A stretch of DNA of 63,715 bases, counting the filler, from Choristocarpus tenellus KU-1152 (lineage: Eukaryota > Protista > Phaeophyceae): NCBI GenBank assembly GCA_964200185.2. It is 13 parts of 13 records of this genome, joined end to end, with 100 filler letters (N's around TTAATTAATTAA, not from the genome) between each part and the next. Parts side by side here need not be neighbours in the genome. Positions count along the whole stretch, not along the records: positions 11,047 to 18,497 come from CAXNAD020006138.1; positions 18,598 to 22,181 come from CAXNAD020019112.1; 11 more parts are not named here. The stretch is one strand, 5' to 3'. The number at the start of each line of letters is the position of its first letter. Position 1 is the first letter of the stretch. Both the position numbers and the translations under genes were made by a program. This document shows, in pieces, positions 11,350 through 22,281 of this stretch. The notes under the pieces were generated by a model that was not told the origin of the DNA, ran no database searches, and was given only the letters and a program-made list of their open reading frames with translations.

Positions 11350-12422
11350 TACTGTGGTCACTATGGGTGCTTTTAACGTTGTTGTAACGATTCAACACGC
11401 AAATACTGCAACTGTGTATAGTGTAGTAGTGGTGAATCTTCAAGATTCAATCTTCAACTTGTTACCCTGGTACTGCAGTACTAAAACATCTCTACGTTGG
11501 ATGTCACACTTAAGCTGTCAATACTACTGTGACAATGTCTCAGTACACCATTGCTACCAGTAATTTGTCTCAAAACATACATGATGCGATGGTGTCTGGT
11601 AAATGCAGCGATCTCATTGTGGTGAAGGGTTGGCATCCCTACTGCTGGTGCACTGTTGTGATGACAAAGGCATTCCGAGGTTGTGTGTGTGACGCCTGTG
11701 AACTTAAGCCCAAGCACGCCTGCTGTAGATGTACCCTAAAGTATTTGATTATTGTGATGCAACAGCAGTACAGCGACCTTTCCAGCTCAAAAGGTTGAGT
11801 GCAAAACTGCAGCAATTCTGTCCTCAACATCACCCCAAACAAAGCAGTCGATAAAGACCCTTTGGGCACTTGTGATATTACTTTGGTCGGTTTTGAGGAA
11901 ATAGACATCTGGCACTTCTATTTATCCCCCTCAACGAACCATAAAAAATTGCTGGAAGTGCACCTTGAGAGCAATTGTCAGTGGCTCTCTTATCCCCCCT
12001 CTTGACCCCCCCCCAGAAAGAAGGGTGGCATAACCTTTTAGGTTACCATCGTATCGCCTTTAAGAAAAATAAGAACTAGAATAATGGCATAATACATGAA
12101 AAATGAAAACTGCCATTGCACTGTGCAAACTCCCTGAATCCCCTTTGGTAGTTTGTATAACACAGATCAACTCCAGCATGATATTGAAAGACTAGTAATA
12201 CTATACTCAAGAGACCCTAAGCCTAACCCTAATCGCAGTAACAAAGTGATGGATTGGGACACCGAAACTACTCCCTGAATCCCCTTCCCCTGCATGATTA
12301 ACACTTTGAGCTGCTTTAACCTATGGAGGCAAACATGAACTTCATCCAACAAAAAAAAGCTTCCCCTGTAAGACACTCTGACCCCCCCAAACCTTCCTTT
12401 CCCCTGTCAATCTTTATATCAC

Positions 12423-13956
12423 CTTCTCTGTAAGAACTCCTTGCCATCCCCACTGGCCTTGAAGCCCGATTCCTTCTCCAGTGCTCCAACAACCTCTACC
12501 AGCTTGGCTACTAGCAGTTCTTTCAAACCTCCCCAACCATAGTAAGGCACACCTGTCTGTGCCATTTCTTCCAACACCAGCTCCAGCTCCAATGGGATAC
12601 ATGGGGTGACCTGCTGGGTCAACCAATCCGCATGTAGCAATGAACCCCCCCCACCCCACCCCCCCATCGTGGCACATTGATGGGTGATAAAGTTGGGATT
12701 AGGTGATGCCTTGCAGGGGATGAGCAAGGCATTGTGAGTGAATGATTACAATATGCCAGCCTCTTGAAAGAGTTGGGAGTTGGGCTTGTGCTCCAGTTTA
12801 TTCCAGGTTAGGGAGGCTGTGTAATGTAAGTCGTTCTCTTAAATTAAGCCTCTGTACTAATCCTCCCTCTTCATAAACCTGTCCAGGTGGCCTGTTGGAA
12901 GGATCAAAACCACACTGATCTTGCACTGCGTTGGGACTCAAGTGACTTTGTACTATAAATGCCCGCAAGTAAATGTATTGGCACATGACTGCACTATCAG
13001 GCGCCACATTGAAAAAGCGCCAATGTCCTCATGCTCTCCTTCATTCACAAGAACACTCATCCTCAGAGAGTGATACCATCCGAGAGGTTGGTGTCGCTGA
13101 GTGTTGAGAGTCCCTATGACTGCCTTGTGGTTTATGTGTTTTGACCACTGCGGAGGACACTTTCGGCTACGGCTAACAATCTACTCACGACTAAACTTCT
13201 CTTCTAGAGCCATACCTTCCGAGGGTGTTAACCGCATTTATTACACGGGTATGGTGCATATTGCAAGGTTTGAAGATGTCATAAAACTCAAAACGATCAA
13301 AATTGAACCCTTCTCTTAAATGCTTTCACTCGAAGCCTACTGGGAAGATTGGCTTTTTCGTAATGTGATTTTTGAGTCGCTGAGTGGAGCTTCAGCAGAA
13401 ATATCTACCCAACAAAAATGCCAACATTATAGATGAATTCGGTGAAACTGAATAAAATACCCAGCAGTTGCGACTCCCGAGTCCGTTGTTGTGATTATTG
13501 TCGAACAGATGATGCTATAGCTCCACCCGCAGAAATAAGATCGGCCAGTAGCATCACAAACACGGCGCTTTACAAAGGGCAATTTAACATCAGCCGTCAT
13601 TGATGAGCGCCATTACTGAGGAGTGCCTGTGTAGCGAAGGTGACTAATGCAGACAGACAATACACAAGCTCAACCACAACGAAAGTTAGTCCCTAGAACA
13701 GACCCTCACACTAACTTCCTGGGTTGGTACATCGGCACAAATGAATTTTTTCCTTAATGTTGGTCGAAAACTGAATGTAGTTTTAGATATAGGAAACTCT
13801 TTGTAGGTAAAGCTGTGTAGTGCAAATTTCTATATACGCCAGAGCTCAACGAGGGGGTATGCAGCAAAAAAACCAACGAGAAGAGAAGAGTAGAATCACC
13901 TTTGGATTTGATGCAGCCTCCGCAGCAAACATCGTAAGCGACTTTTCTGTGTCCAT
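12423..13956 (-). CDS. PPP4R2: Protein phosphatase 4 regulatory subunit 2 homologue, 5' part (2 exons)
   Basis: Exon 13956-13900 MDTEKSLTMFAAEAASNPK (|GTGATT) joins exon 12610-12423 VTPCIPLELELVLEEMAQTGVPYYGWGGLKELLVAKLVEVV...EFLQR (|GTGATA). This matches the PPP4R2 N-terminal pattern P.L...L..(I/M)A.TG....W..(L/F)K....KL..V. Confidence 0.75.
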
Positions 13957-15088
13957 TTGACGGGCATTCTTGGTTACTCCAACAGCTTCCGTACCGACAT
14001 CTGACCTTTTCTCTGGTGCCACCTTATGCACTGTGGCAGCCATAACGCAACTCGTGTGGTCGACGTATGGAGTAAAGCAAGAAATTGTCGCGATCTCAAG
14101 ACAAAGAAGACCGCAGCCTGGAGCCCTTGACAGGGCTAACCTTGACAAGGAAAGTGTTTGTGGGCGGAAATTTCAAGTCAAAACCGAAGCACATCCCTCC
14201 GCAAGGCTAAAAACGCCTTCTAACTCCACGCGGTTTCGCGCAATCATGTGTGTCCGCACGAGAAGCATGGGTGCAGGGCTGCTACAATTGTACTCTCAAA
14301 TCACACAGGAAGACAGGGATGGAGTGAGGGCAGACGAGTGTCTGCCCTCTGACAACGACATATCATCCTCTTCTAATTTTCAAGGAATTGCTGAACCGTA
14401 CAATCTCAGCCTTTGAATCCTCGTCTCAAGGCACTACGACCCTCACAACTTGATCTCTCGCCAGTGGATAGCAGAACCTCTGAATCTCCATTCGATCTCT
14501 TCGGTGATTTCTGGAAGAGGAGACCCTTGGAGGCTGCAAAGAAAGTCATGCCTGCATTCAGCAGGTGAGACTGGGTATGGATCGACCCAAGAATGTCTAC
14601 TACACATCCGAATCCCCTTAGGAACGACCGTGACCCACAGTTATTGCACGCGACTTTGATCAAGCTCGCTGTTTTACTTTTACCAATGCGATTGGCTCAC
14701 GAATTGGAAGAGCCGCAACATCTAAACCTAACGTGATAGGTGGATTGAACCAATGCAGTGCCTACCTCAATTGATGCTCACCTGCTGTTAAGACCCTTCT
14801 GTTGCATAGGCGTTGAAGTACCTAACGTCGACCAAGTCCGACCTCTGCAAAGCGAGGGTCACAGACCGCGAACAGGTATCCCGACCGTTGGCGTCTTCCC
14901 TCGCTTTGGCCATCACAACGAGTGCCTCTTCGTGTGTGTAATCAATAGGATTGTAGGTGATAGATCTTTTCAGATATGCAGACTTCACTTGTTTTGTCCC
15001 GCTTTCACGATCGTTCCGCTGTCTATTGTTGCAAACACTACCACGATCCCAACTGACCACACGTATTCGCCTGCATCGCGGAAATGAT

Positions 15089-18000
15089 ATGTGCAGTCCC
15101 GAGGAGGCGGTGGCATGGATGGAAGGAGTATGCGGAGGCTTCACGTCAAACCCAAAGGAGGCGGAGGCTGCCTTGATGGAGTTCCGCAGGTCCGAACATG
15201 CAGTCGAAGTCTCCAAAACTGTCCTAGGTAAGATATGCTCATGCTGATTGGGTAGGAACGAAACATGCACGAGTGAAGAAAATTAATCAACGGTGGCAAC
15301 ATGCTACCAGACTCGATGATGAGTGCTTTGCACACTGGTTGTTAGTGGCCTGCTTGACTGTCACAAATATTGTTCACTTCGTGCATCTTGCGGTAATGGA
15401 ATCTTAATCTTGGCACCAAGAATATAGTTAAATTCGTTTGCTACACAATTGTGCTTCGCTCAAATATTGCTTGTAACTTGCAAGTGGCGCCCTTAACCAA
15501 ACAGACTCAACCCTTGCCTCTACTTCTGATCCTTCTTCCCGCTCCAATGCAAACGCCCGTCATTCCTTATCCTGAAACTTTCCAGAAAGATCTCAACATC
15601 CCATGGCGCAATTCCACGCTGCCTGCGGACTACAGGAAGCTATCCTAACTCGTTGGGATGCTGTAGATCCATCCGAGAAACATGCTCTTAAGGCCTACCT
15701 GTGGGATTTCATATCACAGAACTGGACGAGGTAAGATAGGCAGAATACTTTGCATGGCTTTTGAGGTTGTAAAACAATGAAATTTGGTATTTGGAAGGCC
15801 GGTTGGGTATGTCATTTGGGGTGCCAGTATGTGTTGAGAGATACAGGTTTGGTATTCAAAAGGGTATGAGTGTTGAGGGAATATCATATTTGGGACTGGT
15901 ATGGGTGGCGGAGTTTGTTGGGGCTAGGTTCTGGATCAGGGTTAGATATGGGGTCAAGGTTGGGAGGACTGCAGTGTCCATGTTGAAGGGGAGTGCTGCA
16001 CTGCAGGAAGATTTGCTGTGACAGAAGGTGGAGGGGTTGTGCCACCTTACAGACCCAACAGTGTGCTTTTGCAATTGTTGTCACAGGCACAGTCCACCAT
16101 TTGTTTTTACCTTTTCCGATGGCTAGCTGAGTTTGCTGGGATGCCATGGGGGAGGCCTCTGATCCCTGCAATTTAAATCTTTCATTTTGGTGTTAGTGGC
16201 ATGTCCCCCTCTGAGTTCTCAGAGTGATGTGGATATGGTAGTGTCTATGGTCTCTACTTCCTCTAGCCACAACGGGCTTGAACCTAACCCTCATTTCAGC
16301 GCTTGAATATTATTCCCTCCCTCATCTCATAGGTGGGAACTTCATGTCTCTGCCGGGAAAACCCTTTCAAATCTTGTTTTTATGTGTCTTGTTGGTATCT
16401 GGCACCTACGCCTATCTCTCTTTTCCCATTGCAGACTGGATAGATCGGTGTGCTCGCAAGTCCTGAGAACATTCTGTGTTTTTTGGAAGCGTGGCTGGGC
16501 TGATGAATCCAAGGAGGCCAAGCTTGAGCTCTTTGCGCTCTTGCAACGGATGGGGACAGAGGGAGGAGGAAACCCTGTGAGTGACATGTCACCTGTAGGG
16601 AATGAGGAGTCGTGTGTGCGTTGTGATTGTTTAGTACCAGCACAGAAAATAAAGGTGTTTTTACTCTTACTTCCACTGCTCATAAGGTTTGAAGTACTTT
16701 CTTGTCTGCTCGCTCTCCCCCCCCTGCCCCCAGAACATCCATCACACCTCCAGGCTGCCCTAATGTATGTGTGCATTTATGTAGCTGTGTACAAAGGGAA
16801 TGTATTGGTGATATATGTGTGTATGTAGTAACGATGGGGTAGCAATGTGACTCCAATACTGGACTTTATACTCTTCTCTCCTCTCACGTCCCCATGGATG
16901 TCAAATTTGAGTTTGTTGAGTGTTTTCCTTGCCTTGCTCACTCTTGAGACAGCAGTTGGTTTCAAACAGCCCTTTGTAACATATGATGTTTCTCCCTTTC
17001 CTCCTGGTACCCTGACACTACTCCCTGTCAGTTGTTGACTGCCAAAGCTTTACTGGCACTTGTTGCAGAGTTTGGCTCCACCAAGGCTACTAGCCTGGGC
17101 CTGCCTCTAGAGTTCTTCCGGAAGACCCACCGCGAGTACGATGCTATTGGACTAGATCAGGTATACAGATTACACTGTATATTATAATTACTTGTGGGAG
17201 CCCCCTCTCACGCCCCCCAACTCCTGAAAGATTCTCTCCCGGAGTCTAGTAGACATATTGTGTTTGGCCTTCCCTGTGTTATCAATTGCTTAGGGTTTGG
17301 GTTGGATGAAATAGTTTCGGCCAGTGTTGACCTGTCTTGAGATAACCTGGAATCTCTTTAGGCCATCTGTCCCATACTAACATCCATGCCTTCACTTCTC
17401 ACTTGACCCTCTTAACTCTGTATCCCTGTGTGTGGCATGCAGAGCATCGGGCTTTCCATGGACCTGTTAGGGGGAGTGGTGAATACTGTGGAAGATGCGA
17501 TGAGCTTGTCAGACCCGTCTGTGCTGGAGCTTGTCACAGTGGTGGTGAATGTTTGTGCTGAGGTGAGTTTTGCAATGAGGCGTATTCATATCGGAGGGTA
17601 TCCAGCTGTTCGGTACATTAACCAACCGACACTTACGGCTCGATGACACGGCACAGCTTACATTACCCTCCAGACAATATCATGATCCCCTTCCACAACG
17701 CCTTCTCCTGTTGTGAAACCCTCATTTCGGTGGGAATATGGAGGGGAGGAGGGTACAAGGCGTGGGGTACAATGCATGTCAGCCATGGACATTATCGAAC
17801 CCAAATCTAGCGATGTGGTTGAAATCATGACCCCTCCCTGTTGTCAGTGCGCCTCAGTGTGTGTGAAGTTTCTGCATTATTAGTGGGTTAGATCAGGGTT
17901 AGGATTACTGTGATTTCAATTTTTTTTCTCTGAATGTTGCAACTGAAGTTTCTGCTTTTTTTGTGTTTGTTCAAGGGTTGGTGATGAGGTGTCTGTGATT

Positions 18001-18357
18001 TGATTACAAGTGTGATTGAACCGATTTGTACATGATGTTGTAGCTCTGTTTCTCCTCCTTTGCCCTTGTATTCTAATCCCTCTCCTATCCTACCTCTGGC
18101 GGTTACATCTCACGTACTGGCCGTTTTTTCTTTTCTGGTGGTGGAATTTTGAAAAATTCCACCAACTTTTCCTTGGGGGCGGGGGGGGGGGGGGGGAATG
18201 GGAATGAAAAATTGTGAAGGTTCTCTCATGGGAGTTCAACTTTGTGGAGGCGTGGCAGATACCTCCAACCCAGCAACTTATCCGACCTGGACCACGGTGG
18301 AGGCGATACCTGATCAGACCAGACTTCCTTAGGGCTGTTTTTAGTGTTTACCAGCGG
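15089..18357 (+). CDS. XPO4: Exportin-4 (importin-beta family), N-terminal 6 exons; 3' incomplete
   Basis: Phase-compatible exons 15089-15227, 15586-15730, 16435-16576, 17032-17160, 17443-17562 and 18220-18357. Motifs AEAALMEFRRS, AQFHAA..LQEAILTRW, VFWKRGW, EFGSTKATSLGLPLEF and VLSWEF...RPGPRWR are characteristic of exportin-4. Confidence 0.88.
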
Positions 18358-18597
18358 GTGAGTTTGTTGCTGATGCTTACGCTCATGTGCCTTGAATGTA
18401 TTGGAGTTGTGTTTGTAGATCTGTATGTAAGAAGAAAGGGGAGGGGAGGGGCAATGGTTGGATGTATACATAATATACATACATTGATGTCCTTGACNNN
18501 NNNNNNNNNNNNNNNNNNNNNNNNNNNNNNNNNNNNNNNNNTTAATTAATTAANNNNNNNNNNNNNNNNNNNNNNNNNNNNNNNNNNNNNNNNNNNN

Positions 18598-18633
<36 letters not shown>

Positions 18634-18880
18634 CCCCCCCCCTCCCCCCCCCCCCCCCCCCCCCCCCCCCCATGTTGATGATGTGGTACCAGGTTGTAGT
18701 TTTGACTCTCAATAATTGTTGCGTGGTATCATATCAACCCTAACCCTAATGTATTTTTGTTATTGAGTAGACCTCGAGATGAGATTCGCTATTGCTATTT
18801 TTTGATAGGAATGATTTTGGGATGGTGTTGAGATCATTCCGGATTGAGTGATGGGGGCAGTCATGGAAGTCAATGATGGT

Positions 18881-18970
18881 AATGCTATATAGTGGTAGTA
18901 ATGCTATATAATGATGGCAATGCTATATAGTGATGGCAATGTATATAATATTGGCAACGCTATATAGTAA
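18881..18970. repeat. Degenerate ~20-bp tandem repeat (atggcaatgctatatartg-like, about 5 units)
   Basis: Repeated aatgctatata/atggcaatg units are visible directly. Confidence 0.75.
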
Positions 18971-18972
18971 TT

Positions 18973-19118
18973 GGCGTCCGTTTTTCACCCTTTTTTTGAT
19001 TTTCACTTTTTTGGTGTGATTTGGTCGCACGTGTCGGATTTGAAATGTCAGCAAAAACAAAAGAAGAGTTGTTTGACAGAAACGGACGCCCCGTCGCAAC
19101 CCCCCCCCCCCCCCCCCA
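18973..19118 (+). mobile_element. MITE family C fragment (termini lost or degenerate, poly-C end)
   Basis: Shares ggcgtccg...ttttttggtgtgatttggtcgcacgtgtcggatttgaratgtcagcaaaaa with 62663-62783. Confidence 0.75.
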
Positions 19119-20175
19119 CCTTTTCCCCCGTTTTTTTTGAAAAATTTTTGTTCTGGTCTATCTTAGGGTTTATAACCGATTTACTTTAGACTGAGCATGA
19201 AACTCTTAACTTTTTTTTTTGTTTGTTTTGGATTTCCATGTTGGGTTGTGCATGTTCCCCAACACCATATCCAGTCCGTGTCAGGGTTAGGGTTAGGGTT
19301 GTGTTTGTGTTTGTGTTCCTAAATTGACGTCATTCGTCTGTCGTACTACCCTAACCCTAAGTTTGGAGTAACAACGTCATAGCCTATTGTGTACATGATG
19401 GTGTCTCTTTCTCTCTCTCTCTCTCTCTCTCGTGAGGGATTTCTTTTTTGCTGAATGTGATTGGTTCAAATTACTCTTGATACACTTGGAAGTGTACCTT
19501 TCCGTCCGATGTCGCTTTGTTTACAAAAAAGCCTGAAATATACAGATGATTTTTTTTTTTCCAGTGGTACAAAAAATGTGGAGGCATTTTGTGCTACTTC
19601 TCAGTCAGGAAAAGCAAACGCTGCTCGTGATGAGAAGAACCCTAACCCTAACCTTAGACCCGTCTCGTTAATTATGGTGTGCTTCATGTACCACAGACAA
19701 CACGGACTGTTGGGTAGGAAAGCATCACTTGAGTAGAAGAGCATGGCGTAGGCGTTCCACCTCGTCTTGGTGCAGTAATAATCTCTACACTGAATATCCG
19801 CAACCAACTCACCAAATCTCCTTCTCTTTTTCTTTTTCTTTTGAATGCCTGTTGTTGATTTTTCTGAGAATTTTCGTGAAAAAGCTTTTTTTTGTGCACA
19901 CGAAAAAGAAAAAAAAATGAAAAAAATAAATATATATATATATATGTATGTATTATTTGATGAGAATACTTTCAGTGAGTGGGAAAAAAAAAAATCAACT
20001 TTTGATGGAACAGGAACCTGTTCGATTTCACAGTCAGGCGATAAATAGAGTGTGCGTTGTGTGTGTGTTTGCACATAGTGTGGGTACAATCGATTTGGTT
20101 TGTGAGTGTTTTTTCACACTTCAATTTGTGTCGTCTTTTTTTTTTTCCGCCTTGTTTTGTTTTATTTTTTTTCAG

Positions 20176-20371
20176 TGGTAATCTGGGTAAGAAGAATCTG
20201 TGGGATGCGTTTGCTGGTCGGGTACAGTCTCTTCTGAGAGGGGTCCTGATGGACGGGTTGGCAGATCATGACGCTTACAACTATGAAGAGGCCTTACGGA
20301 AGGCTGCTTTGTTAGAGAGCAAAAACTTCATGCTTAGGAACGTCATCAAGGCGAAGAATGCCATTCTGGAG
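20176..20371 (+). CDS. Isolated internal exon of an unidentified protein
   Basis: Strong polypyrimidine+CAG acceptor and GAG|GTACGG donor. The frame is open (GNLGKKNLWDAFAGRVQSLLRGVLMDGLADHDAYNYEEALRKAALLESKNFMLRNVIKAKNAILE) within T-rich intron-like DNA. Confidence 0.6.
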
Positions 20372-20902
20372 GTACGGATTTCATCTCTTTTCTTTTCTTT
20401 TCTTTTGATGTCAGTTTGTACGGGCGCAAGAAGGCTTTTGTTGGGTAGGTAGTTTTGTGTGCTTTATTGTGATGTTTGGGGCTTATTGTCGAGGTAAGTG
20501 TGAGGGTCATGCTTCCTATGAAAACAGTGTCCTAAGTTCCCTGGAGCTGAAGGCTACAGGGCGCACGCTCAGGGCAACTCGGGAACTTCGGAATCGGTCG
20601 GGCTGCTTGTAAATAGTGGTGGAAACTCAAAGTCCTGCATCGCGGCAAGTTAGTGCAAGTGGGGTAGTCTGAAGAGGATACAGGAAAGAAAAGAAGTGCA
20701 GGCATTTATTTATTTTTTTGTTTATTTTTTTCGGGGTAGTTAGTTTGCAAGATAAATGGGATAAAAAAAAAAGGGTGGAAACTTTTTTATTAAAAAATAA
20801 ATAAATGGATTGTTGTTTTTTGTTTTTTGTACGATAGTTTTTTACCCCCAGGGTAAAGTGGTGTGGAGTGAGTTGAGTGGTGGGTTTTTTTCGTGGTTTT
20901 GG

Positions 20903-21059
20903 ATCAATCCATTCACATCAATCCATTCGCATCAATCCATTCACATCAATCCATTCGCATCAATCCATTCGCATCAATCCATTCACATCAATCCATTCAC
21001 ATCAATCCATTCGCATCAATCCATTCACATCAATCCATTCACATCAATCCATTCACATC
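20903..21059. repeat. 14-bp minisatellite (ATCAATCCATTCRC) x11
   Basis: Eleven perfect units that differ only at one A/G position. Confidence 0.97.
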
Positions 21060-21428
21060 TACGGGAATGTTTTTTTTGTGATCTTTTTTGTTTGGGCTTG
21101 GACTGCTCCACAGTTTTTTTTTATTCTTTGTTGATAGTCTTTATTTATATTCTTTTTTATAGTCTTTAACGCAAGGCTGTTTAACGTCCACTGCATGATG
21201 ATGTCAGCGAAAACAGTCAACCTTGGTGTGTGATTATCATTGCCAACCTTTTCGAGAGTAAGTTGCCTCATCCACATCATTACATTCTATCCTCATTCTA
21301 GAACTATCCTACCAACGCCAACCAATAGATGCCCGGCATTCAAGTCTAAAGTATGAAGTGAAGACAGACTCTGACACCCCGTATCAGTACAAGTGTCTGG
21401 TCCTACAAAGGGGAAGGGGTATGGGTAA

Positions 21429-21460
21429 GATAGGATAGGATAGGATAGGATAGGATAGGA
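21429..21460. repeat. (GATAG)6 microsatellite
   Basis: Seen directly. Confidence 0.95.
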
Positions 21461-22281
21461 CAATTCGTGCAGGAGGGTGTAGGGTCTTTAATGAGACCTT
21501 CGTATCCTCTGAAGATAATAAAAAAAAAAACATCAGACAGAAGTTAATTTCTTTATTATTGACACCTTGTAGAAAAAGACGAAAAGAGAAGAACCGTTTC
21601 TTTTTTTCGGGTAGAAGTGAATACAGAATAAGTAATTTTAATTGTGCGACTATGAACAGACCAGTATCTTTCACAGGACAGATTTTTTTGTTTCGATAAA
21701 CTCAATAGAACTCAGGCTCAACTACCAACCAGATTTTCCACAAAGAAATTCCCAAAATGACAAAACAAAACAAGAATCTGGTTGTCGTCTAGGGCCTGTC
21801 AAAAGAACATCAACAACAGTTAAAGCACATGGAGCTCTTCATCCATTTCTTGCGTCCCTTTCAGTCCAAATACGTGTGGGTATACACCCCCACCTCAGTA
21901 GTGCATTTCTCTAGAATGAAATGATCTCAAAAACCTGTTTTTATTGCTTTATTTTTTTGATCTACTTTTTGTTTTTTCCCTTCTGTTGAGAAAAAAAAAT
22001 TGAACAATTAAAATTGTTCTGTCGCAAAGGGAGCGGGAAGTGAAGCTCTTCCAATCACCAACTGACCGCCCTTGTGGACACCATTTCTATTTCTTCATAC
22101 GACACCAACTCTAGTACCCCCCCCCCCTTTTTTTCTTTCTAGGAATATAAGTTCTTGAACTTCTCTTACCTTGCAAGGCTGNNNNNNNNNNNNNNNNNNN
22201 NNNNNNNNNNNNNNNNNNNNNNNNNTTAATTAATTAANNNNNNNNNNNNNNNNNNNNNNNNNNNNNNNNNNNNNNNNNNNN

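Noticed and set aside
20903-21059. Possible CRISPR array or coding repeat
   Set aside because: The units are contiguous with no spacers, there are no cas genes, the context is eukaryotic, and the ORFs arise from the 14-bp period.
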